Assembly: GCF_964355755.1 (NCBI RefSeq)
Contig: NC_092672.1
Coordinates: 1,240,001 to 1,304,000 of the forward strand
DNA: 64,000 bases
Reading direction: 5' to 3'
Source of the DNA: Antedon mediterranea
Lineage: Eukaryota; Animalia; Echinodermata
A program made the position numbers and the translations under genes. Positions within the stretch are counted from its first letter, which is position 1. Every line of letters starts with the position of its first letter. Shown piece after piece: positions 49,438 through 61,400 of this stretch. The notes under the pieces are model-generated. The model saw nothing but the letters and a program-made list of their open reading frames with translations, had not been told where the DNA came from and made no database searches.

Positions 49438-52400
49438 CTGCAAAACAAAATCAAACATTGATAACAAAAATATTTATTAGCAGGTTTGCATTCAACAGTA
49501 CAAAGAATTTAATAAACAAATAAATGACAGGAAAATTTGAAATAAAATTTGAACTTAAATCCCCCCCAAAAAAACATCATTTATATTGCATTCTTTTTAT
49601 GTTGCACACAGCATCATCGACTGTTAGAAACACTGAACCACATAGAGTACTTACTGCTTGTTTTTCCTTCTCTTTTTCTAGTTCCTTCGTCTTCTTTTGT
49701 TCATCATTTTCTCTAGCCTCGGTTTCAGCTTTTCTTCTTAATGCTGCTTCCTTTCGCTTTTTTAACATTTCTGGCGATGCTGAGAAAACTAGGTCTGTTC
49801 GACTGCATGTAGTATGCCCACGAACCCAGTGACGAACGAATCTAAAAATACGTATTAAGAGTTCTTTTAAATAAATTTTACAAAGACTACTAAACTAGAT
49901 GGGCTGTATACAGAAAACATTTGATTATGAATACTCTAAAGTTCTGTCTACCCTATCAAAATTTATAAAAAAATGCAATGTGCCCATATACGGACACGAT
50001 GACAACATATCACTACCATATTGGGCACATCACACTTTTTTTGTCAAACTAATTTGATAGTGTGACAGAGCTTAATACTATATTCTAATTATCTCACAAA
50101 AAACATTCAGCAAAGCGTGTTTGGTTTTTTTGGAGATTAAAGTTGAACACTGTGAGCCAAAAAAAAAAATCTCCCAATACCGGACACCTTTGAGCTGTTT
50201 GGTTTTCCAGAAATTCTGGTATTCTTAATGTGTTTTTAATGGTACAAATGAATTTGGGACCTTTTGCACCTCAAGAAAATTCTGGTATTGGGGAGTTTCA
50301 AGTTTTCAGAGACAATCTGGTATTGGCTGTATAACACAAATGTAGAAAGTGCGACTACTAACCTTGTATTTCTAGAGGTTGATGTGTATACTACTTGGTC
50401 GCCAATATATGGAATAGGTGACGGACCAGATCGGACAATGATGTCATCACTATCGCTATCTTGATCATCATTGTCTTCCTCTTCGGTACAAAGGTCAATG
50501 ACCTCTCCCTTAACAACATCCCTGGAATGTGATGGCATCTCTTTCTTGATGACAACATCCCTAGAATTTGATGACATCTCTTTCTTGATGACAACATCCC
50601 TAGAATTTGATGACATCTCTTTCTTGATAACAACATCCCTAGAATGTGATGGCATCTCTTTTTTGATGACAACATCCCTAGAATGTGGAGGCATCTCTTT
50701 TTTGATGACAACATCTCTAGAATGTGGTGAAAACTCCTTTTTAATGACGGGCGTTTCAATATTTTTACGCAAGTCCAAAGCATTAGATTTACAATCGTGA
50801 ATAGCACTGAGAGGTATTTCAACCGGAGGTATAATGGTACCTTCCGTCTTAACACTATGCACAAACGTATCGCGAGATTGCTTCACTTCGCCATAGTAGC
50901 GTTCATCGTGTTTATACATTCTATTATTTGCATGCATGAGGGCGCTAGCATAGCCATATGCCGACGCATAGTCCTCTTTTGGTTCCTGTTTAACTATAAC
51001 CGTTGCAGGGTATGACTTTGCCTCTAATGTAGGCTTCTTATGACATATTGCACCTTTTTCAACCATTCTTTCAATTGCTTTGATACTGTCTTCTTCAATT
51101 CGTTCTACAAATTTGTCTTCAAGTCTTCTTTCTAAATTTATCTTTTGTTCTACAGTTTCGTCAACTTTTCTGTCTATTTTTACTTGTGACTTTTCCTGTA
51201 TCATGGCAACCGTCCTTTTATCTATGTCTTCATCTACTCTTCCTTCCAATTTATTCTCAGTCTGTTTATCAATGGTTTCTATTCCTCCTTCCAGCTTATT
51301 CTCAGTCCTTTGCACGAGGCTATCTGTATTTTCGGGGCCAAAGGTACTTTTAACAATTTCTTCACTTAATGCACTTTCTTCATCTTGTTCTTTCGCAACA
51401 GAAGATTCTAATGTGTCTATCAGATCACTGTTAGTTTGTTCTTCTTCATCTAAATTACTAATTGCATTTACTAAATTGTCATTTACAGAGTTGTCATTTG
51501 TTAAATTGTCATTTTCTAGATTGTCCTTTATAATATTTTCTGTCTCTCCATTGTCAGGGTCCTCCTCAAGATCTCCAGGACTGGTTGATCTTGAGGCAGA
51601 AGTACTGCCCTCACTTGTTCCATCCTGTGGAGTAGACTCTTCACCAGCCTCTTCCACTCCCGCATCTGATGCTTGCTCCGTTGTTTCATCTTGATCCTGA
51701 AATTAAACAAATTTAGTTAATTCATTTCAAACACAGGCAAACACACACACACAAAAAAACACCGGTATCAGATCATATCAAGATCTCCATTGATTTGACT
51801 GATTAGTATCAGTTGAGTAAATTTTTAACCTTGGGAACTGTAGTCTTTAATAACACACTTCATCAAGTTAACAGTAAGAGTAAAAGATTGATCAAAAAGC
51901 CTGTTAATATTATGTAACATGCTGACAAAATAGAGTTAGCTTGGGTCAAGCCTTAAAAACTTTTCGCGGTTGATGGACACAATGAAAGAAGTAGGGGCAC
52001 TGCAAGTAATTTGATAGATAACCTAAACTGTTGGTTGTGATTGGTCAATCCACTTACGTTACGTCTACGTTGTTGTGTCAAAATGGTACCCGATGGATCA
52101 CTGTCGATTGTAATTGGTCAACTCACCTGTGTTGTCTTCGAGCAGGAACCATGCTTTAACACTTTTTTCTCTTAAAAATGTGAATGTGAAAAATAGTGTG
52201 CTTACCTCCATAGTATTGTCTTCCTCCTGTTCATTGATACCAACTGATGTCCCACAGCTGTTCACACTCTCCTCTTCTTCTGGCTCTAGTTTTACAACCG
52301 TTGGGCTATCATAACCCTCAGTTTCCACCTAAACCAAAATAAGAAAAATGTTTAACTTGATAGTTATGCTATCTGGGTTCAAATCCAGTCATATGTCAGA

Positions 52401-55400
52401 TTTTTTCTCAGGGTTCATTTTGCAAAAGCACCATTGGTTTGGAACCAGCTTTCACTCAATATCCATCTCACCTGTTTCAATAATTTTTGTTAGGGCTCTG
52501 AGACATCAATGCTTTATAATATTTATTATTATGACAAAGACATGTTTATGCATCTTCTGTTATCAGGATTGCTAACTTTAGGAAGAGCAGGAAATGAATT
52601 TACATATGGTTATTATTATATGGTAATTTGCCTGAACATACATATTTATATAAAAACAATTGTAACACATTTCTATTATCAAGCATAATCTATTTTAAAA
52701 ATTAAATTTCTACTAAATCTTTCCGATGTACCTTGCGTTTTTTACTTATAGACTTTGTACTGCCCTCGCTTGACGTGCTGAGCGTACTCGGTGAGTTTCG
52801 GTTGTACGTTTTCTTCTTTCCAATACCTACAGGGCTAGCATTATCAGAATATTTATTTCGTCCGCTTCGTAAAGTTGAACTTTTCTGTATAAAATAATGA
52901 CAATTAATAAAAAATATTACTATATAACAATTTTTGTATTTATTTCAATGCAAATGCAACAGCGATAACCATGCTTTCTAGACTAATTCTCCTATACTCA
53001 GATACTAAAGCTGCTTTGGCCTTTAGGACTTGAACCCAAGACTTTTGGATTTATAAGCAAGCATGACAAAAATACCAAGCTACAGTGTCACTACTTTATC
53101 AACTCACTAATTCACCATGGCGACGAGCACGTAATTTGTTCCTTAGCTCCAACGCTTCGTCATCCTTAACCGGTCTAAACATGAACGTTGGTGCTTCACG
53201 TGGGATGGTGATTGGTGGCAACTGATCATATCTCTTAAAATATAGTCTGCAGTTGTAGCAGAGCAGCAGCTTATCTCTTCCGCCATGATGCCAATCTTTG
53301 GAATCTGCAAAGGAAGGAATAATAACATGGTGTATTGATGAGGGTAATCGGATCAAGGCAAGAGGTATGGGTTCAAGAAATGTCTTAGAATTTACTAACA
53401 ACACTTATACTTCAGATTAGCTGGAGGCTGTCCACCCACATGACTTAAGCTCTGTCTACACTATCAAATTAATTTGAAAAAAAAGTGTGATGTGCCCAAA
53501 CATGGTAGTGATATGCTGAAATATGGTATTGACATGACATCATCATGCCCATATATGGGCACAGCGCATTTTTTTGTCAAAGAAAGTTTGATACTGTAGT
53601 AGTAGATAGACTGCCCTCTATAGTACAACCTTTGTTTGCAAACAAAAGTTGCAGACTAGGCTGACAACTCCTTTTCAAACTCCAATTTTGTGGAAGTTTT
53701 AGACGCCAGTCTATACTACCTACTGAAGCCAGTCAAGCAGTGTAGACTATAGGCTTAAAGATGTATTGTCCCCCAAAAACATGATAAATGAAGATTAATT
53801 AAATCAGACTTTGAATGTGTTATTTTGTAGTTTTAATAAAGTTAATCAGTTCCATAGAAAAAAAAACGAAAAAAAAAATGTTTTCACTTACAAAATGACA
53901 AAATAAATGGTTAAATTCAACCAAAAATCCATTGGCTGGCAGCCAATTTGACAATTTTTTTGCTTTAAATTACATCTCTTTTTAGGTAAATACATTTTTT
54001 TTCGATCCAATTTTTGGTCAAAGTGGATAACTATTATGTTACATTAAAATGGAATATTAAAAAAAAAATTTGGTAAGAATTATTTTTTCAGGGGGACAAT
54101 ACATCTTTAACTAGCATGTCGTAATAATGTGATCAGAAGATGTTTTAAACTCACTTGTTACAAAGCAATGTCGGCATGCATACCCGTAGTATTCTCCATC
54201 GTCTGACTCAAACTCATCCTCACTCGCAGAACTTAAGTCAACTGTAATTGAAAGAAATAAATAAAAACATTATAATATATATAATATAAATAAAGCAACT
54301 GAACTTGCGCAATTGTTTGTGGCAACTGAACTTGCGCAACTGTTTGTGGCAACGCATCAATTTAATTTCTAGATGCATCATCATCATTACGTAAGTGTTT
54401 GTGGCGATGTTTCATATTTAACCCTAGTCACATCATTTATAATTACATCATTGTTTGTGGCAATGTTTTCGTTTAACCCTAGACGCATCATCATCATTAT
54501 GTAATTGTTTGTGTGAACATTTTACATTTAACCCTAGACGCATCATCATCATTATGTAATTGTTTGTGTGAACATTTTACGTTTAGCCCTAGACGCATCA
54601 TCATCATCATTATGTAATTGTTTGTGTGAAAATTTTACGTTTAGCCCTAGACGCATCATCCATAAAGTTCATAATAATAAATTATTTAATTTTCAAGATA
54701 TAAGAAACATCACATGACAAAAAAAAGAATAAATACTATTGGTATAACTTACTGTATTCACTATTTGGGGGTCTATTGGCACGTAAAACTTTCATTCTTC
54801 TTAGCATACTCTGACGGCGCCCTCGTCGGTAGATTCTTTGATTAGCAGCTTCTGGAGTCTTTTTCCAATAATAGTAATATTCTACGAGTTCACACTGTTG
54901 ACAAAGAAATCAAAAGAACAATAACCAAAGAACGACGACCAAAGAACAATAGTATGGTTAATCTGCACTGATTCAATAGAGAATGAGCAAGTTGGGGTAA
55001 TCACATCATTTTAAACTTGTCACCAAAAATAAATCCGCGAAAACTTTTACTTTTAGTTTTAAAAGACAAACGTTATAAATGATGTCCGGAAGATCTAAAT
55101 AAAGTTTAAAAGATTCACAATTTCATAATGATACTGCAAATAAAATCGCTTTTTTTAATTAAAAAAGAGATAATCAATCATTAGGAATTAGTTTCAGTTA
55201 AATCCTAAAGAGACCCAGGATGGCTTTCATTTTACAATTTGAGAAAAAGCTCTATAGCGTTTGCTAATTGCTACCATTTCAAGCGCTCAATAAAAAAATA
55301 TCTTTCGCTTTTTAAATGAAAAAAATATGTTAGCTTCAGTTAAAATCAAACTGAATTAAAAAAATGGAAATATAAATTGAGTTAAAGAATTAAACCATAT

Positions 55401-58400
55401 TTAAATTAACATTAAACAAATTAAATATGTTTATTTTTTCACATATGAAATTTCCCTTTCAGCCAAAATTAAGGTGTCTTTTAGGATATAAGTATACATC
55501 TGTTGATATCTAAGTTGTTTGTAATATTAATTAATTAAGGCTCATTAGAGACAATGAGATAATTGATAATCTTCTGAGTATTTTTAATTGGCAGCTGACA
55601 GGAAGATGATTTTCTTATCTTTTAGCGTCACGTATCGTTCAACTATTAATAACTCGAGGAAGTCTCAGTAATCCTCGGCGACAGAGATGAGTTTAGAAAA
55701 ATAAAGAAATTTGTTTTGACATGTTTTCGATTTTGTTTGACAATTACAATCTCTTGTAAATGGTAAAGTTTCTCATCTATTTAGTTTTGCTGCTTTTTGG
55801 TTTAAAGATCATCAACTAAAAAAAATAGGTTATGTAGCCCCAGGTTGTAATGCATCACTTTTGACAATATCCATCTCAGACATTAGTTTGAAGGTTATCT
55901 ACCCAAGGATAATAATAATGACTTTTAAATTGTATATGTTTCATCATATCCACTGTAATATTAATCAAGGCTATTACAAAAATGTTTTTTTAAATGGTTT
56001 AAGTTAATGTACCAAATGGTACAAGGGTTATGGGATCACGACCATATCATGTGGTCTTGGCATGAAAGTAACCTAATTGAGTTGAGTAAATGTTGGGGGT
56101 GGGCTTAGAGTTTGGGAGATAGATTTGGAACAATGTACTACTGCAGTAACTGCAGTAGAATAATAGTGAACAATTTATAAATCACAAGACATATTAAAGG
56201 TTATCTAAATATTTATGTTACAACAATATAATAATATTATGTTGTTGTAACATAAATAAGATATTATTATATTGTTGTAACATAAATATTTAGATAATCT
56301 TTAATATGTCTTGTGATATATAATAATTATTAATATTAAAAGCAACTCACTGTTTGTTTACTGGGTATCAGTTCTTTTCTTATTCTAAAGAAATTCTTTC
56401 CAAATTGTCGAAGACCTTTCACAAACAATTTCTGTAATAAGAAAACAAAATATGTAATACGTAGGCCTATTGATATTATAAATTGTTCTCAGTTTTAGTG
56501 AAAACTAAGGAACTCGGGTCCCTGCGGGTCCATGGCAGCCACAGTACACAGCATACCATTATCAGGATACTAAGGAACTCGGGTCCCTGCGGGTCCATGG
56601 CAGCCACAGTACACAGCATACCATTATCAGGACACTAAGGAACTCGGGTCCCTGCGGGTCCATGGCAGCCACAGTACACAGCATACCATTATCAGGACAC
56701 TAAGGAACTCGGGTCCCTGCGGGTCCATGGCAGCCACAGTACACAGCATACCATTATCAGGACACTAAAGAAATGATGTCTACACATTTCCAATGTTTTG
56801 GACAATGATGTTTATGAGACCAACATCTTTATGTCCCATTCAAAGAGGCAATGAGAGTATAGTATCTTACCACTGATATAAGCAGTATGGAGACATGTCT
56901 CAATCTCTTACCTCTAAACATTATAGTTCAATGTACCCTACCTATGCCATATCAAAACTAAATAGTTATTTTAGACAATAAACTGTCAAGTTATGGGTTA
57001 GAGGTACATTAGTATACATTTTTTGATGATCAAATACAAATCTTCTTAAATAATTTATAAACAGGTTTAACATAATGTAGTAATAATAATTTAGTAGAAT
57101 AAATTTGGACATAAAATAATATAACTGATGTAACATTTATATACTAGGTAACATTTATATACTAGGTAACATTTCCTGTATTATGGATGCATTATAAAAG
57201 TAGTAGACACATTTACCAAGTGTTTAGCATATCTGATAATAGTCAATAATGCAATTACTGTATCTGATATTCTTGTTTCAGTATCTGAAATACTATCTGC
57301 TACAGCTTTATTTTGAAGTCTAAATTTTAGCAATATTTGGAAAAAATAAATATTGAATGCTTTTTAAAATTTTTAATTAGACTTAAAATAGTATTATTGC
57401 TTTTACTTAATATTTTAATTTATATTTTATATATTGAATGTCTACAGCAGTTTTCTACAGTACATTGTGCTCCTTTAAAATGTGTTCATGGAATAATTAA
57501 GTTTTACACTGTTAAAACTAACATAACAATTTTATTGCAGTAAAAATTTAGTTACTGCAGTAGAATAATAATTAAAGTAATTTAACTAAAGTAAAATATC
57601 TCTGTTTAAATTGAGAATAATGTATGGTTCAACCGAAACATTATTATTAGATATTAGAAATAAAAACCACCATAAAAGGATTATCGTATCAAAGAGTACT
57701 TAGATAGATTAATTTTATTTGTGTGATTATTTGCAAAATCGAAAATGCGAATGAAGGGCTTAAAATATTGAAGTTCAAAATTAAACAGAAATAGTGTATC
57801 ACGACAAGAAAAATGAATATTAAATATTTAATCAGACGTTGAATAATCACTTCCACAGAAAAAAAAATGTTTTCACAAAATAAAATGACAAAATATATGG
57901 TTAAATTAAATTTAACCAAAAACCCATTGACTGGCTGCCAATATGATATTAAAATGGCGTATTCAACAATAATTTTTTGAGGGGGAAAATACATCTTTAA
58001 TAAAGGTTTCTTTAGAAGTCCCAAATGTTAAAAACAACAACAATTATTATTTTTTATTGTATATGCACTGTCTCGCTGTATCAACATGTCAAGTTTCATT
58101 AGCTTTATTTTTAATATCTCTATTAAATGTTTAATTCCCTTAATTTTTGCAAACAATTTAATTCAGCAATTATATACAGTACACTCAAAATATTGTTGTG
58201 CATAAAATAAACAGGTCAGCTTTAAGTATTAATAACTGCAATATTACCCACCCATGGCATTATAATATTCCAGCAGGTATCTATGTATAGCTTAATATTT
58301 AATAATGACTTTAATATTCATTAAACAAAACATGTTATAATCACGAATACAGGTAAAAGGAGAATTCAGTTGCAAACACTATCAAATATTGTTTGAAAAA

Positions 58401-61400
58401 AAAAACAGTGTGATGTGCTCAAATATTGTAATGATGTGTCCAAATATGGTAGTGATATGCCAAAATATGGTAGTGATGTGCCAAATATGGTAGTGATATG
58501 CCAAAATATGGTAGTGATGTGCCCAAATATGGTAGTGATGTGCCCAAATATGGTAGTGATGTGCCCAAATATGGTAGTGATGTGCCCAAATATGGTAGTG
58601 ATGTGCCCAAATATGGTAGTGATATGACATCATTATGTACATATATGAGCACAAACACTTTTTTTGTCGCATAAAGTTTGATAATGTGGACAGAGATTAA
58701 TAGACAAAATCAGAGCCCTCGTGAGAATTCTCACAGCTGCTATACGTCAGCCATTAAGGGCACAATGGGTTGTCATCATAAACATTGTATGAATTAGCTG
58801 TATTTGTTGTACTGTTTGATTGATTTGTTTGTCTGTAAAGCATCTTTTGTGAATATTAACCAACAGCGATCTTTTATTGGATTAAAAAATGATAGACAAT
58901 AATATCAAAAGGATTCCTATTTAAATTATATTGGTAAAATACATTGAAAGCAAAATGGTTGGCCAGTTAGTATTAATTCAATTTTTTTACTAATGTATTG
59001 TAAACTAAATGTAACCTGTAAAACGGAGGCGTCTATTCAACCCAACAGCAAAGGAACATTAATTAAGGGACATCTGGGGACATTAATTAAGGGACATCTG
59101 GGGACATTAATTAAGGGACATCTGGGGACATTAATTAAGGGACATCTAGGGACATTAATTAAGGGACATCTGGGGACAAAACATGGCTTTTTATTTATAC
59201 TACCAGAGCCACACAGCAACGGCCATTCAAGATGTTCAGATGAAAAGACCATGTTTCTGATGTCTTAAATCTTAAGGGATAAAAATATGTGACCTATTAA
59301 CCTATCTACAGAATGGGACATTATTTAAAGGGCATCCATGTGAACAGACCACTAAAGATTTTAAGAAGCAAACTTAAAGGTAAGGTACTTACTGTCTCTT
59401 CCTCGGTCCATTTCTTGTCAACTGACTTTGGGACTGGGTCTTTGATCAATGCTTGTAACGCCTTACTTGTTTGGTAGTCATAATGATGAAGCTGTTGATG
59501 CAACAACAATAATTAAATAAATAATTGAACTTTGTTTTAGCAAAATACACAAAAGTCTCAGTTAAACTGCAGTTTACAAATAAAACTATAGCACAACAAC
59601 CAAACAAACGTTGCATGAAATCTGCAATCATGAAACAAAATGAACAAAGTTGAAACTGTGGTTTTGGCTTTATTTGAATGAAATGTGTGTGTGTTCATCA
59701 CACAATAGAACGAAAAAAAGGGGCTCTGTCTACACTATCAAACTTTATGTGACAAAAAAATGTGATGTGCCCGTATATGGATGATATGTCATATCACTAC
59801 CATATTTGAGCACTTTTTAAAAACTAATTTGATAGTGTAGACAGAGCTTTAGAATGATCTAGGATAACCTGTGACTTGCAGCCTAATTTGGCTGAATTGT
59901 GCACAATTAACTAAGTTTAAGGAACTCACAATATTTAAAGCATTAATGGTTGTAATATCCTTAGACGCAGCATCACAACCTTCCTCAGGTGAACCGCCGT
60001 CACACATGCCTACAAACGCTGCCATGCTTCTTGCAGCTCGTAAGTACATCAGTAAATTCACGTCCTCTATGTGCGTTTTCCACGTCAGCTCCTCCTTCTC
60101 CGTTGTAGTTTGCCCGGTTGGTTTCGGCTTACATCGGTATAACGGTAGCACGGCCTGGTGACTTGGACCGATTTTAATCTCTCCTTGGGTGCTAGCAAGA
60201 CGTCTGTGACAAACAATAAAACCGTGATTAATAACATTTTTTGTTTTTTATATATTTAGGCCAAGGATACCCATAAGTGAATTTATTTCATAAATGTGAT
60301 AAACATACGTATGATTCTCTACATAAACAAAGGCCCTGTTCAGACCCATGGCGTTAGACCGTTTTAGCGTACGACGCTAAAAGAATGTGTGTCTGAACAG
60401 TTGGGGATTAGCGTACAACGCGTCGTACAACGGTTGTAGCGTTGTAGTGGAAAACGGTTGATAGTACCGTTTTAGCGTACGACGCTACTGTAAGTCAACG
60501 TTGTATCCAATCAGAACGTTTCCTGTTATGACGCGATACAAGGTTTGACCTAGGCTGACATCTTGTATCGTCAATGTGTGAGATGGATTTCAATAACAAA
60601 AAGGCCAGAATAAATAAGGCCTAACTACACTACAAACTACTAACTATCAACTGATTACCATTATATTTTCTAACAAATGACATAAATACATGCACCTTGT
60701 ATTTAAACAGGGACTACGATCCCATACGCTTTTAGGCCTAGGCCTAGCTAGGCCTAGAGTCGATCATTCACGCATTTCATTCAAGCTAAAAACTAGCGTG
60801 GGACATCAAGTCACTCATTCATACAAGGCAGACTAGACTGGACAAGTTTAATGCTGAAAACTAACCCCCTAACTCCTAAAAAATTCAGTAAACAAACAAG
60901 GGGAGCTGTGTCCCTTTTATTAGCAAGTTAAGGGTTATTTTCAACCGACTGGAACAAAAAATATATATCTTTGACTGGACTGGATAGACTAATCACAATC
61001 AATTTTTTCTTCATCATTAGAAGGCTTGCTTTATTTTCGTAACACAAGAACCTGGGGAAAATGTTTTTAACACAAAATAAAACAATAGAAACAGAAATTT
61101 GGCTTTACTATATTTTTCTTAAATAAATGCTGAGGTATGTTTTATTTACGGCAAATTTTGTCATAATTGTAGGGCTGAGATCTAGGCCTATATACAGAGT
61201 GGAAATAATGATGAAAACACGTGGGTAAGAGCACATGAAATGCAACTAGAAACAACCTGAATGACGTACTTCCGTTGTAACGATAATCGTACGCTATGGG
61301 TCTGAACACCTCGTTTTTTTCTCTGCGGTTTGTAACGTGACCTTGCTAGTAACGTTGTATGCTAAAACGGTCTAACGCCATGGGTCTGAACAGGGCCAAA

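Noticed and set aside
48555-51694. Plus-strand and alternative-frame ORFs over RERE exons (e.g. 204 aa at 51080)
   Set aside because: Antisense or out-of-frame shadows of low-complexity coding sequence.
53009-53084. tRNA gene
   Set aside because: Only A/B-box-like remnants are present and no cloverleaf can be formed; treated as a SINE relic.
56504-56768. Hammerhead ribozyme/retrozyme in the 65-bp repeat
   Set aside because: No CUGANGA...GAAA core is found on either strand.
58382-59268. His-rich and GHLGTLIK repeat ORFs
   Set aside because: Translations of MITE-internal and intronic tandem repeats.
60332-61397. Autonomous transposase
   Set aside because: No ORF of 60 aa or more inside the element.
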